Positions 52,482 through 63,324 of a stretch of 64,000 nt of DNA are shown one piece after another. The DNA comes from an uncultured Verrucomicrobiae bacterium. GTDB taxonomy: Bacteria; Verrucomicrobiota; Verrucomicrobiia; Chthoniobacterales; JAFAMB01. Within the stretch, counting starts at the first letter, position 1. Every line of letters begins with the position of its first letter. Location: positions 160,001 through 224,000 of the forward strand of contig CAWEXO010000011.1 of NCBI GenBank assembly GCA_963813025.1, written 5' to 3'. Position numbers and translations under genes: made by a program. The notes beneath the pieces are model-generated. The model saw nothing but the letters and a program-made list of their open reading frames with translations. It was not told the DNA's origin and searched no databases.

Positions 52482-53453
52482 TCAAAACTTGCCGGGTGTC
52501 TGAAGTAATTTCTGCACTTCGGGGCTTTGATAATTCGCCGGAGTAATCAAGACTGGCGGCAATTCGACTTTCTTTTTCTCAACCGCTTGATGTTTCCGCG
52601 CCATATCGATGTAACCGACACCCTGGTAGCCCATCTGGTAGGGATCTTGCGCGATGATGGCCTGGATTGCGCCATTGGAAAAAAGAGGAAGCACTTCCGG
52701 GCTCGGATCGAACGTGACTACTTTTACCTTCTTCTCCAGGCCTTTTGCTTTCACTGCCTGACAGATTCCGACCGCTGTTGGCGCGCAGGCGGAGAAGAAG
52801 CCCGCAATGTTTGGATTTCCGTTCAGCAGATCGGCCGCAATGTTCAATGAGGTCGCGGCGTCCGCATTCGTCCATTGGGTTGGCAGCACCTTCATGTTCG
52901 GGTACTTCGCGATGGCGTCGCTGAACCCGGTGCTTCGCTTCGAACTGACTGAACCGGCCTGAATGCCGAGGTTCGCCACCAAACCTTTCTCGCCCAGGAG
53001 CTTGGCCATCTCCTGGCCCGCTCGGAAACCTCCATCATAGTTATCGCAGGTCACGCTGGCTTCCGGCAGATCGCTGTCAATGCCGGAATCCACCATGACA
53101 ACCGGTACTCCACTCTGGATCGCGTCCTGTACCGGTGGAATCAGGGCTTTGGAATCGAGCGCCGCCAGCAGGATGCCAGCCGGCTTGGATCGGGCAACGT
53201 TCCGGACCAGGTCGACCTGGCTGGCAATCTCGGTCTCGGTAGCAGGACCTTGATAGTCGATCTTGTAGCCGAGTTCTTTCGCCCGATCTTTGGCTCCTTT
53301 GACCAGGAACAGGTAAAACGTTGCCGAAGTCGATTTTGGGATGAAAACAATCGTTCCTTGATTCTGCGCCTGAGCAAAGAGGGAATCATGGGGAACACTA
53401 AAGCTGCAGAGGATGACGAGAAGGAAGAGGACTGCGGGAATGCGCTTTCTCAT
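52482..53453 (-). CDS. Sugar ABC transporter substrate-binding protein (RbsB-like)
   Basis: GVPVVMVDS, CDNYDGG, VTFD, AQDPYQMGY. Confidence 0.9.
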   Translation of the reverse strand: MRKRIPAVLFLLVILCSFSVPHDSLFAQAQNQGTIVFIPKSTSATFYLFLVKGAKDRAKELGYKIDYQGPATETEIASQVDLVRNVARSKPAGILLAALDSKALIPPVQDAIQSGVPVVMVDSGIDSDLPEASVTCDNYDGGFRAGQEMAKLLGEKGLVANLGIQAGSVSSKRSTGFSDAIAKYPNMKVLPTQWTNADAATSLNIAADLLNGNPNIAGFFSACAPTAVGICQAVKAKGLEKKVKVVTFDPSPEVLPLFSNGAIQAIIAQDPYQMGYQGVGYIDMARKHQAVEKKKVELPPVLITPANYQSPEVQKLLQTPGKF

Positions 53454-53552
53454 TGTATTTGATGGGGGGTTCCAAGAAGCTTTTCTATCCATCGGATAAG
53501 GCAAGAAATCAATTTGTAATGGGTGATCGTTTGTCCCCGAGTGCTGCCGCTC

Positions 53553-53614
53553 GGAAAAGTGGCACAGGCTTCCAGCCTGTCACGTTTCCCGGACCGGCAG
53601 GATGCCGGTTCCAC
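53553..53614. repeat. REP-like GTGG-hairpin doublet inside the ABC operon
   Basis: GTGGCACAGGCTTCCAGCCTGT ... ACCGGCAGGATGCCGGTTCCAC. Confidence 0.75.
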
Positions 53615-53628
53615 GACGGCCCCGATCT

Positions 53629-54606
53629 CTAAGTCTGCCTTCTGAACTGATCGATTGAGACTGCGGCGACGATGATGATACCGCTCACGACGTATTGCCA
53701 AAAGGCATTCACACCCAAGATGTTCAATCCGTTCCTGATCGTCGTCGCGATGATGGCGCCGATCAGGGTCGCCAAAATGTTTCCTTCGCCCCCAAATAAG
53801 CTGGTGCCTCCGATCACCACCGCGCCGATCGCCAGCAGTTCGTAACCGTTGCCGCCGGCGGGCTGGATCGTCGCTAAACGGGCTGATTCGATAATGGACG
53901 CTACTCCCGAAAGCAGACCGCAGGCAATGTACAGGGTCAACCGGACTGCTTTGGTATTGATCCCGGAGAGACTAGCCGCTTCGGCGTTGCTCCCGATCGC
54001 ATAGGTAAAGCGCCCAAACCGAGTATAGCGACAGATGAGGAACCCGACGAGGTAAACCACGAGCAAAATAAAGGTCGGAACTGGAACGAGGTTGAACAAC
54101 CGTCCCTGGCCGATCCACAGATAACGCTCGTCGAGGCCGAAAATCGGGATGCCTCTTGACAGAATCAGGGCCAATCCCCGCGCTATGCCCAGCATCCCCA
54201 ACGTCGCAATAAAGGGCGGCACGCGGAGGCGCGTGACGAAGATTCCATTGCACAGGCCGAGTACACCACCAGCAAGGAGGGTTGCGGTCAAACACAAAAA
54301 CAGGTTTGACGTTGCCTGAAAAACCAATCCGCCGACTACTGCGGAACACGCAAAGACTGACCCTACCGAGAGATCGATTCCGCCAGATAAAATGACGAGT
54401 GTTTGACCGACCGCAATTATCCCAATCACCGCGGTCTGTAACGTGATCTCCGAAATATTCCCGAAAGTCAGGAAGTAGGGCGAAAGGAAGGAGAGCACTA
54501 ACCACATCGCCACCAAAATCAGCAACATCGAGATCGCTTGATTCCGAGCGAATGTCCGAAGCGCTTTGATCAGGCTAGTGCGCGCTGGTTCCGAGCGGCT
54601 CGCCAT
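53629..54606 (-). CDS. Sugar ABC transporter permease (RbsC-like)
   Basis: GGIDLSVG, PPFIATLG, AIGSNAEAASLSGI, YEL.AI.AVVIGGTSLFGG. Confidence 0.92.
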   Translation of the reverse strand: MASRSEPARTSLIKALRTFARNQAISMLLILVAMWLVLSFLSPYFLTFGNISEITLQTAVIGIIAVGQTLVILSGGIDLSVGSVFACSAVVGGLVFQATSNLFLCLTATLLAGGVLGLCNGIFVTRLRVPPFIATLGMLGIARGLALILSRGIPIFGLDERYLWIGQGRLFNLVPVPTFILLVVYLVGFLICRYTRFGRFTYAIGSNAEAASLSGINTKAVRLTLYIACGLLSGVASIIESARLATIQPAGGNGYELLAIGAVVIGGTSLFGGEGNILATLIGAIIATTIRNGLNILGVNAFWQYVVSGIIIVAAVSIDQFRRQT

Positions 54607-54626
54607 GTTTAGTACACCGTCTACGG

Positions 54627-56126
54627 TTAACCGCCGCCCACCGCGCCGAGACAGTAGCGAGTGATCTCTTCCCTTGTTGTCTGGCGCGGATCCAACTCGG
54701 CAACTACCCGATACTTCGACATCACCAGAATGCGGTTAGCAATGTCGAGAACTTCGGGAATATCGCTGGAGATGAAAATCACCGCGGCGCCCGGTCTTTC
54801 TTTAAATTGACGGATCATAGCGTAAATCTCGCTGCGTGCGCCGATATCAATTCCGATTGTCGGCTCATCGAGAATAAGAACGCGACACCGAGCAGTCAGC
54901 CATTTGCCGAGTACTACCTTTTGTTTGTTACCGCCGCTCAGGTATTTGGCCGGCTGCGCCGCGCCGCCAGTCTGAATACGCATGGATTTGATCGTGTCGC
55001 GCACCAGCCTTCTTTCCGATCTCGTCGAGAAGACAAGCCCTCGTCCCTGGGCGAGGCGCGCCAGCGTGATATTTTCCGCGACACCCAGATTGAGACACAA
55101 GCCTTTGGCATCCCGATCTTCCGGCACATAACCGATACCGAGGCGAACGGCATCACGAGGACTCGCCAGTCTGGCGGGTCTTCCCTGAAAAGAAATCGTG
55201 CCGCGATCGATCCTGTCTGCTCCAAAAATTGCGCGAGCAAGCTCCGTTTTCCCGGAGCCGGTCAGCCCGGTTACTCCGAGAATTTCATTTTCATGGAGAA
55301 CCAGATTCAAAGGAGTGGAAAACTTCCGGTTCTGAATCCGATCGAGCACGATCACTGATTGGTTCTGAGAAGGCTTGCTTCCAGCTGAATGGCTGATCAA
55401 CGCTTTGCCAATCATCAGCCGGATGATTTCGTCCATCGCCGTGTCTTTGAATGTCCGCGTCGCGATTACTTTCCCGTCTCGCAGAATCGTAACGCGATCC
55501 GCTATCTGCCTGATTTCCTCCAATTTATGGGAGACATAGATGATGCCGATATCCCTGGATTTCAGCTGCCCGATGATCTCAAAAAGGATATCCGTTTCGC
55601 GCTTCGTCAGCGCTGCCGTCGGTTCATCCATGATGAGCACACTGGCATTCTTGGAAAGCGCACTCGCGATTTCCACCATCTGCTTTTTTGCCACGCTCAA
55701 ATCTTTGACCCTGGCTTCGGGTTCGATGTCGAACCCGAGGCGCGCCAGGATCTCCTTGGCCCGTCGATTAATGGCTCGCCAATTGACTAACCCGGAACGC
55801 TGCACGGTAAACTGCCGAAGAGCCAGGTTCTCAGCAACGCTGAGATGAGGAACGAGGTGGAAACTCTGGTAAATGGTAATGATTCCCAGATCTTCGGCGA
55901 TCTTCGGACCATAATGAGCTGGGATTTCTCTCCCATTGATCTCGATCGTTCCGGAGTCGCACCGGTAAGCCCCCGAAAGCAATTTTATCAACGTTGATTT
56001 GCCGGCGCCATTTTCCCCAAGCAAAGCGTGGACCTCTCCGCGCCCAAGCTCAAAGCTGACATCTTTTAAGACCTTCACGCCGTAGAAAGACTTGTTCACG
56101 GCGCGCGCGCTGACGAGTGATCGCAC
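54627..56126 (-). CDS. Sugar ABC transporter ATP-binding protein (RbsA-like)
   Basis: GENGAGKST, MDEPT, LSGGNKQKV, LDEPT. Confidence 0.93.
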   Translation of the reverse strand: MRSLVSARAVNKSFYGVKVLKDVSFELGRGEVHALLGENGAGKSTLIKLLSGAYRCDSGTIEINGREIPAHYGPKIAEDLGIITIYQSFHLVPHLSVAENLALRQFTVQRSGLVNWRAINRRAKEILARLGFDIEPEARVKDLSVAKKQMVEIASALSKNASVLIMDEPTAALTKRETDILFEIIGQLKSRDIGIIYVSHKLEEIRQIADRVTILRDGKVIATRTFKDTAMDEIIRLMIGKALISHSAGSKPSQNQSVIVLDRIQNRKFSTPLNLVLHENEILGVTGLTGSGKTELARAIFGADRIDRGTISFQGRPARLASPRDAVRLGIGYVPEDRDAKGLCLNLGVAENITLARLAQGRGLVFSTRSERRLVRDTIKSMRIQTGGAAQPAKYLSGGNKQKVVLGKWLTARCRVLILDEPTIGIDIGARSEIYAMIRQFKERPGAAVIFISSDIPEVLDIANRILVMSKYRVVAELDPRQTTREEITRYCLGAVGGG

Positions 56127-56207
56127 TAGAGTCCTTTTCGATGTAGATGAATCAAGTTTTTTTATGCGGTTTTTTCCACTGATTCCATTCTTCGCCTTTC
56201 AAGAACT

Positions 56208-57308
56208 CTACGGCTGTCCAAGAAAGATCCCGAGGCGCCGCAACTGCTGAATTCTGTCGCAGAAGATTTTGAACGTCGCCAGGATGGGTACTGCGAGCAA
56301 CGTACCCGGCAGGCCCCAGAGATAGGCCCAGAAAAGAAAGCTGAGGACGATGGCGATCGGATTCAGCGTCATCCAACGCCCCAGGATAAGAGGAGTTGCC
56401 AGGTTCCCTTCGATCATTGCGCAGAAGAGATAGGCGAGCGGCGGAAGTAAAGCGTACCAGACCGAATCGAAATGGATGAGAGAAACGATCGCCATCGCGA
56501 TTATGCCCCCAGTGGCTCCGACAAAGGGAATGTAATGGAGCAAAAACGCCGCGAAACCCCAGAGCAAAGGATGCGGCAAGCCAAGCAAGCCCACGCTTAT
56601 CCAGACGCTCGCCCCGACTGCGGCATTAATCAGCGTAACCGACGTGAAATAGCGCGCTGCGATCTGCTCGATCTCGGCCGCGAGTTCTATCACGTTCTGC
56701 TTCTCCGGACCGCCTGGGATCATGTCGACCAGCTTCTTCAAAAAACGGGCACCGTAGAGCAGTAGAAAGAAAGCCAGGACATGCACGATGATCAGCATCG
56801 CCAGGATGTTTGGCGCTTGCTTCAGGGCAATCTCGACAAAGCTTGGTCCGCTGATGGTTACCTGGGGATTATGACTCGGGTTGAGCCAGCCGCCGACCCG
56901 ATCGATAGCCGGAGTGCTCCTTTGCAGCCCCTGTAGAAAGGGCGCCAACCGTTCGTGAAGGTGATCCAGGTAGTCGGGCAGTTCGGGCTCAAACCTCGCC
57001 AGGGAGGCGCATAAGGCACTGAAAAGGCAGATCAGAATCGTCAGAAATCCGAGTGTCCCAACCAGCGGCGCCATAAACGTCGACAAACCTCGTTTTTTCA
57101 GCCAGCGGGTGACCGGCGTCAGCAGAAACCCGAGAAAACCGGCGAGGACGATCGGCAAAAAGAGATTAACGGCGAGCTTGAGCGTGTAGAAACAAGCGAG
57201 AACAAACAGGCCGATGACCGAAACGATGAACCAAAGCCGAACAGCGCCGCCCAGTCTCTGGATGCGTGTTTCATGCGGTTCGACACTGGGGGGAAAAGGA
57301 TCTTCCAT
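56208..57308 (-). CDS. AI-2E family transporter (paralogue of 48442-49620)
   Basis: YIPFVG, TPLILGRWMTLNP, LWG..GTLLAVP. Confidence 0.88.
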   Translation of the reverse strand: MEDPFPPSVEPHETRIQRLGGAVRLWFIVSVIGLFVLACFYTLKLAVNLFLPIVLAGFLGFLLTPVTRWLKKRGLSTFMAPLVGTLGFLTILICLFSALCASLARFEPELPDYLDHLHERLAPFLQGLQRSTPAIDRVGGWLNPSHNPQVTISGPSFVEIALKQAPNILAMLIIVHVLAFFLLLYGARFLKKLVDMIPGGPEKQNVIELAAEIEQIAARYFTSVTLINAAVGASVWISVGLLGLPHPLLWGFAAFLLHYIPFVGATGGIIAMAIVSLIHFDSVWYALLPPLAYLFCAMIEGNLATPLILGRWMTLNPIAIVLSFLFWAYLWGLPGTLLAVPILATFKIFCDRIQQLRRLGIFLGQP

Positions 57309-57485
57309 GGCTTTTACGGAACGTCACTTGGTACGCTCGAAAAGAAATAATTCAAAGCGCTCGGCTACATGAGATCCTAAAGAACGCTGGGAGCATATTG
57401 AAAGAGGAATCGGCCGGGCGGCGCTACGCGAGTGCGCTCGCTTGGACCGTTTTGACCGGTGCGGCAGCCGGTTCTACGCTTTTGC

Positions 57486-58526
57486 GTGAAAGCATCTGTT
57501 TATTACGGCAAAGGAGACATTCGTGTCGAAAGTGTTCCCGATCCTGAAATCAAGGACCCGACTGACGCGCTCGTACGAATTACGCACGCCTGCATCTGCG
57601 GTTCCGATTTGTGGTTTTATCGCGGTTACGAGCCGGACTGGAAACCTGGTTTTCGAACTGGCCATGAGTGGATGGGCATCGTTGAAGAGGTTGGGAAAGA
57701 GGTCAAAACTGTCAAGAAGGGAGATTGGGTCTTGGCACCTTTCGCATTCAGCGACGGCAAGTGCGAATTCTGTGAAAAAGGCCTTTTCACAAGCTGTGTG
57801 CACCGCGGATTCTGGGGAGGAGAAAATCCGGGAGGACAAGCCGAAGCCATCCGAGCGCCCTTTGCCGATGGAACCTTAGTCAAGATTCCGGAAAACGCCG
57901 CCGGCGACGACGCCATCCTCACTCGCCTTTTGCCGCTCACCGACGTGATGGGCACCGGCTACCACTCCATCGTCTCGGCGCATTTGCAACCCGGCAAAAC
58001 AGCTATCGTCATCGGAGATGGTGCGGTAGGACTATGCGCGGTCATCTCGGCGACGATTCTCGGCGCGGGACGCATCATTCTTATCGGGCATAATGCCGGC
58101 CGGCTGAAGCTTGGACAGAGGTTTGGGGCCACCGACATCATCAGTAGCCGCGACGATAAACATGTTGTCGCCGAAGCCGTACAGATGACTGAAGGCGGTG
58201 CCGAGTCGGTAGCGGAATGCGTCGGCTTAAAATCCTCCTTTGATCTTGCTATCGCGGTTGCCCGACCGGGCGGTGTCGTTGGGTTCGTCGGGGTTCCTCA
58301 TGTCACCGAACCGATCGACCTTGATCGAATGTTCAGTCACAACATTTCCTTGCGCGGTGGGGTTGCACCGGTACGGGCCTACATTCCTGATTTAATGGAC
58401 CAGGTACTGGCCGAAAAAATTGACCCATCGCCGGTTCTGGAAATGAGCGTCGATCTTGAGGGTGTTCCGGAAGGTTATGCCGCGATGGACTCACGCAAGA
58501 AGATCAAGGTCATGGTCAAGCCATAA
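57486..58526 (+). CDS. Zn-dependent alcohol dehydrogenase
   Basis: CICGSD, GHE, C.FC...C, DVMGTG, GDGAVG. Confidence 0.9.
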   Translation: MKASVYYGKGDIRVESVPDPEIKDPTDALVRITHACICGSDLWFYRGYEPDWKPGFRTGHEWMGIVEEVGKEVKTVKKGDWVLAPFAFSDGKCEFCEKGLFTSCVHRGFWGGENPGGQAEAIRAPFADGTLVKIPENAAGDDAILTRLLPLTDVMGTGYHSIVSAHLQPGKTAIVIGDGAVGLCAVISATILGAGRIILIGHNAGRLKLGQRFGATDIISSRDDKHVVAEAVQMTEGGAESVAECVGLKSSFDLAIAVARPGGVVGFVGVPHVTEPIDLDRMFSHNISLRGGVAPVRAYIPDLMDQVLAEKIDPSPVLEMSVDLEGVPEGYAAMDSRKKIKVMVKP

Positions 58527-58675
58527 TTGATTTGAAAGGCTTGCGTCGTCATCGCCGAACCTTTGACTAACTCCGCCGACTGCCCGGCAGTCAGGGGAAT
58601 CCCCGAGGGCAGAGGGGGCGTAGTATGCTTCGACGACAAACTTTCCGTGTCGCAGAGGTTCGTGAAAGTTGCTCA

Positions 58676-59490
58676 ATGAGCAGACGTTGGCCCAAGCTTT
58701 TGTTGGCAGTAGCTGTCGGTTTTGTCCTGGTGGAGTGCAAGCAGGCAGCACCATTGCGGCCGCAGTTCGCCTACGTAGCAAACTCTTACAGCGGCCTCGT
58801 GTCGGCCTACAGCATCGGTACCAACGGCGCCATGACGCCTGTACCGGGTTCGGCGTTCGGAGATGCCGGAGCGGTCGGGCAAATTTCAGTGGCGGTCGAC
58901 TCCACGTCCAAGTTCGCCTATGTGGCAAACTCTGCCAGCAAGAACATCTCGGGTTTCAGCATCGAATCCAATGGCGTCCTTACGCCGGTCCCGGGGTTCC
59001 CCTTCGTAGCCGGATACGATCCTAATTCAGTGGCGGTGGACCCCACGTCCAGGTTCGTCTACGTGGCGAACAGAGCTAGCAGCAACGTCTCGGCTTTCAG
59101 CATCGGTTCCGACGGGGCTCTGACCCCCATTCCAGGATCGCCCTTCGCGGAGGATACGATCCCTACTCAGTGACAGTGGACCCCACGGCGAGGTTCGTCT
59201 ACATAGCAATCTTTGATAATAACAACATCTCGCTCTTCGGCATCGGTTCCGACGGGGCCCTGACCCCTGTCTCTGGTTCGCCCTTCGCAACGGGAGCCGG
59301 GCCGGTTTCGGTGGCAGTGGATCCCATGGCTGAATTCGCCTATGTCGCAAACATTGACAGCAATGACATCTCCGCCTACCGCATCGGCTCCAGTGGGACG
59401 CTGACAACCGTCCAAGGCTCGCCCTTCCCAGCGCGGGAAAAGCTCCCTTCATTGGCCATCACGCGACTGCTGCCTTCGCCTCGCGACTGA
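58676..59490 (+). CDS. Lactonase-like beta-propeller repeat protein; frameshift near 59165
   Basis: Repeats of SVAVDP..RF.YVAN....ISAFSIGSDGALTP..GSPF; N-terminal signal-like segment. Confidence 0.75.
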
Positions 59491-59567
59491 AAATGCGAAT
59501 CGATAAAAGCGCCGATTTCACGAAGCTCGTCCCGAGCCGGTTCAGTTAGGATTACTTCGTAATCCAC
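59490..59567 (-). pseudogene. N-terminal remnant of a ParE/RelE-type toxin
   Basis: MDYEVILTEPARDELREIGAFID, then similarity stops; no antitoxin gene seen. Confidence 0.45.
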
Positions 59568-59638
59568 GACTGCACTCCAAGACGCACGGCCTCCTGGAAT
59601 TTTCAGACGGAGTTCTACTGCCAAAGGCTCGGGTTGGG

Positions 59639-60202
59639 TTAGCCTTCCACAATCTTCTTCAGCAGATTAAAAGCTTGGATCTGTTTCCCTTGTTCCAATA
59701 TCTCCATGGCTTCGCGAACTCGCTTTTTCAGGTCGTCGAGCGACTGGGACGCAGCCGACCGTTCGCTCGGGGAAGAAGCGGGGAGCTGCACCAGTTTATC
59801 AGCCACTAGCTTTTCCGTTTGCTTCTCGGGAGACTTTCGATCGTCCACTACTGGCTCGTTTCTGACGGACGCTGTTTCCGGCTTGGTCTTCGCTTCAGGC
59901 TTGGGGGTGGAAGTTGATGTAAGCGTAGAATCAATCAGCTCAAATTTTACGCCAACTACCCGCTCGTCCGCAAAACGCTGCAGTGACTTCGGGAAAATAA
60001 GATACTGACGCGATCTGCCCGGTTCGAAACCGACAGTCCCATAGTCGGTCTTCGCCCCGGATGCTTCCTGGTGGATGGTCATAACTCGATGCTGTCGTAT
60101 AGCGGTCTGCAACGCTTTGTCTCTGGCCGGGTCACTCAAGACCAGATAGATCTCCGGTTTGCCGCATTCGTCGACGATTTTTGCAAATCGCACTGTTTTC
60201 AT
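59639..60202 (-). CDS. Hypothetical protein
   Basis: Globular N-terminus, low-complexity linker, helical C-terminus. Confidence 0.65.
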   Translation of the reverse strand: MKTVRFAKIVDECGKPEIYLVLSDPARDKALQTAIRQHRVMTIHQEASGAKTDYGTVGFEPGRSRQYLIFPKSLQRFADERVVGVKFELIDSTLTSTSTPKPEAKTKPETASVRNEPVVDDRKSPEKQTEKLVADKLVQLPASSPSERSAASQSLDDLKKRVREAMEILEQGKQIQAFNLLKKIVEG

Positions 60203-60325
60203 GTGCGGGTATTCCAATCGGGATCGGGGTGACTTGACTCGATCATTTCAAGTGTCCCCTTAGGCGAAAACCACATGCATTCAAGGCTGGCCGCGGTGCG
60301 ATACAGTCGCAAAGACAAAGAATAG

Positions 60326-60994
60326 TCACCTCTGGGGAGGCAAACCCTGCACCCTTTGCTTTCTCGCCAGGATATAACCTCGGCGAGTCTGAGCTTCGAC
60401 GTCAGGATAGGGATCTCGCTCGACGATTTCTTCTACTTCAAATCCCGCGGACCGAAGCGAGTCAGCCACCTCCTCCGTACGAAAAAGATGAAAATCGATT
60501 GATACGGCTTGTCCCCACAGCTCCTCAAAATGAAGAATTTCATCTCCGATATGGAATGCCAGCAGCAGAAGACCACCCGGTCGAAGCACCCGTCCGATTT
60601 CGGACAAGACAAGGAGATGCTCGCTGGGGGGAATATGAATGATCGAATAGAAGGCAATTATGGCGGCCCATGTCGCATCGGCGGAATCCAGGGCATACAT
60701 GTCGCCTTGCCTGAACTCTATACCTGGATTCAGCTGTACCGCTCGTTCGACCAGCTCAGGCGATAGATCAATACCGCAAATCTCTACCCCGTGCTCGTGG
60801 AGGTAACGGGCTACGTGTCCGGGACAACAACCGAGATCGCAGACCGATCCGGTACCTCTGACTCGGACTGCGAATTGGTCCAGCAATCGCCGGTCCAACG
60901 GTTTGTGCTGCAACTCATTATAGATCCGGCTGACATACTCGTCAGCTAGACGATTGTAGCTACGCCGGATCTTTTTCTTTGTTTCGTTGTCCAT
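60326..60994 (-). CDS. Class I SAM-dependent methyltransferase
   Basis: VCDLGCCPG, GIDLS, FYSIIH, LRPGG. Confidence 0.88.
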   Translation of the reverse strand: MDNETKKKIRRSYNRLADEYVSRIYNELQHKPLDRRLLDQFAVRVRGTGSVCDLGCCPGHVARYLHEHGVEICGIDLSPELVERAVQLNPGIEFRQGDMYALDSADATWAAIIAFYSIIHIPPSEHLLVLSEIGRVLRPGGLLLLAFHIGDEILHFEELWGQAVSIDFHLFRTEEVADSLRSAGFEVEEIVERDPYPDVEAQTRRGYILARKQRVQGLPPQR

Positions 60995-61094
60995 CAGGTG
61001 TGCATCCTTTGCGGGCCGCGGAGCTTATCGCTTTCTGGCGTCAGAAACCGCAACTATTTGTAGGATTATGATGAAGCCTTTGGTCGTTGCTCTC

Positions 61095-61360
61095 TGTGTT
61101 ATGTTTGGTTCTAGACATGGCGGCGCGTTCGTACAGGTTGGGAGCGGCCATGAGCACTAAGCCTCGAAGCGCCAGGATCCAGCCGAACAGCGAGATCATT
61201 ATCGCCGCCACGCTCGACCAGTACTGGTGAAAAGCGATGATCAGCAGTCCGTCGAACAGCAGCAGCGCGCCCGCGAAACCACACGAATACGCCGTTTTTG
61301 AAGAATTCGGATGCGAACGCGCCCATCCCGGACGCGCGCAGCGCGGAAACTCCATTTGTT
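61095..61360 (-). pseudogene. Membrane protein remnant
   Basis: GALLLFDGLLIIAFHQYWSS..AIMISLFGW...RG, frameshifted and lacking both ends. Confidence 0.45.
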
Positions 61361-61486
61361 CGAGCAAACGAGTTGGATACCATTTTCGGATCTAAAGCTG
61401 CTGTTGAGGCGTGGCTTGCGGCAGTGACTAGCTATGTATAAAGCTGTGGGGCGTATGATGATGTCGTTCGAGCGGAGTTCGTTCCA

Positions 61487-62128
61487 ATGCTCTTCAAGTT
61501 GATTACTGCGACCGTTCCAAATGACCGCCGCGCCAAATTCAGCGAAAGTCAGGCATCAGGATGGAGCGGATTGGAATCAGTGCCCGGCTTTGTCGCACAG
61601 ATAGGAGGCTGGGTTAATGATCGCCCCGACTGTGCCGTTATCGTAGCCTACTGGAAAAACGAACAGTCCTATGCCGATTTCATGCGGGAACAATATGATT
61701 CGTTTGCCGATCGCCAGCGTGATACCTATTCCGCGCTGCGGGTCAACACCGGTCATGTCATTTTGACGATCAAAGAAGCAGATCCGCGAGTCGCGATTGC
61801 GGAGACCGGGGTCATGCGGGTCTCGGATATCACTTTGCGGCAAGATTCTTCGCCGCTGTTTCTAGCCATGCAATTTGATATTTGGCGGCCTGGATTGATC
61901 TCCAATGGCGAGATGCTCGGTAACACGCTCTCCCGTTTGGGACGACTGCCGGATCGCTTCGCTAGTACGACCTTTTGGAGTAGCAGTGACGCTCTTCGCA
62001 ACTTTCTAGAGACTGTCTATCCCGTGCTCAGCGTTCAGGCAAAATTGAAGGATCATGTCGGGGAAATGGTGAGCTACCACATCCCTCTGGAACCTTCGTG
62101 GAGCATGGTAGCACCGCAATCTCGCTAA
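61487..62128 (+). CDS. DUF4937/YdbC-like protein with two ABM-like halves
   Basis: FSESQ..WSGL..VPGFVAQIGGW...AYW..EQSY..FM; second half with WRPGL and TFWSS. Confidence 0.6.
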   Translation: MLFKLITATVPNDRRAKFSESQASGWSGLESVPGFVAQIGGWVNDRPDCAVIVAYWKNEQSYADFMREQYDSFADRQRDTYSALRVNTGHVILTIKEADPRVAIAETGVMRVSDITLRQDSSPLFLAMQFDIWRPGLISNGEMLGNTLSRLGRLPDRFASTTFWSSSDALRNFLETVYPVLSVQAKLKDHVGEMVSYHIPLEPSWSMVAPQSR

Positions 62129-62189
62129 GTGTCGATTGCAGTTAAATCGTAGACTGGATCACTTCCGGGCCGGATTATTGTTCGCCAGG

Positions 62190-62506
62190 GTGGTGCCGCA
62201 TGAGCGTTGCTGAGGCCGTAAGATTCCCGGAAGGTTCCGCCCGGTCTTTCGACGTGATCTTCTCCGCAGTCCAGGAACGACTGAGCGCTTACCTGAAGCA
62301 GACGTTTGGGCTATCGGCGAAAGCAAGTTCGCAAACGGCGCAGGAACTCCTCGGTCGGATCATTTACCCGCGCTTCCCGCGCGCTTTGTTTTGGCCTCGA
62401 TGCGCTTTCTGATCAGTTGGACAAGGAGGCCATCAGAGCGAACTTCGATCTCAAGCCTGTTCGCAAAGCCGTCGCAGAATCAATCGACTCGCAAGGGCGC
62501 GCGTGA
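62190..62506 (+). pseudogene. C-terminal remnant of a TetR-type regulator
   Basis: RMSVAEAVRFPE..RSF..IF...ERLSAYL; no HTH upstream; frameshift near 62390. Confidence 0.45.
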
Positions 62507-62622
62507 GCTGGGTTTCATCCCTGGGATGCGGTAGCCCACGACATTTCTGATCGGATCCGATGTTTATCTTGTTTGATTGCTTTGAATTCGCAGGGTGGAT
62601 GTTGATCGTTGCGCTCCAGGAG

Positions 62623-63315
62623 CTAAATCAGCTTGGTCCGGAAAAGTGTTGATCGGGGGATCTCGGAGCCGCTGCCAGCCGCCGAGCCTCGCCTGGGTCG
62701 GCGAACGATTCTCACCTTCCCGCTGCTTCCGCCTCCGCAGAAGAACTGATCGCGGCCATCGGACTCGAGCCCCGACACACCTACTCCAGGCGACATCTCG
62801 AGGCTCTCCAGGACCTCTCCCGTTCGAGGATCGACTCGCCGCAAATCGCTCTCGTCACCTTCCCAGGTGCCGTGCCAAAGCTCGCCGTCGATCCAGCTGA
62901 CCCCGGTGACGAAGCGGTTGGACTCGATGGTGCGAAGAATCGCCCCTGTCTGGGGATCGACTTGATGGATCTTCCGATCCTGCCCCACCCAGAGTGTCCC
63001 TTCGGCCCACGCGAGCCCCGAGTGACCGCCGCCGAGGGGCGCCGGAATCGTGGCGAGCACACGGCCCGTCTTCGAATCGATCTTCTGGATGCGATCCTCG
63101 GCGATTTGAAACAGGTGCTGGCCGTCGAAAGCCGTTCCTGCGTGCGCGCCGACATCGATCGAGCGCAAGATCTTCCCGCTCGCAGGATCGAAGGCATTCA
63201 GCTTGTCTCCGGACGCAAACCAGACGTGCTGACCGTCAAATGTGACCCCATGCACACTGTCGACACCCGGAAAGGGTCCGTACTCCCGGACGATTTCGGC
63301 CGCTGATCGGTTCAT
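62623..63315 (-). CDS. Glutamine cyclotransferase-like beta-propeller protein
   Basis: VHGVTFDG..VWFA, AGTAFDG, SGLAWAEG.LWVG, FVTGVSW.DGELWHGT. Confidence 0.75.
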   Translation of the reverse strand: MNRSAAEIVREYGPFPGVDSVHGVTFDGQHVWFASGDKLNAFDPASGKILRSIDVGAHAGTAFDGQHLFQIAEDRIQKIDSKTGRVLATIPAPLGGGHSGLAWAEGTLWVGQDRKIHQVDPQTGAILRTIESNRFVTGVSWIDGELWHGTWEGDESDLRRVDPRTGEVLESLEMSPGVGVSGLESDGRDQFFCGGGSSGKVRIVRRPRRGSAAGSGSEIPRSTLFRTKLI

Positions 63316-63324
63316 GTTTCCATC

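Noticed and set aside
58760..59430. Roughly 135-nt direct repeats
   Set aside because: They encode the blades of the beta-propeller protein.
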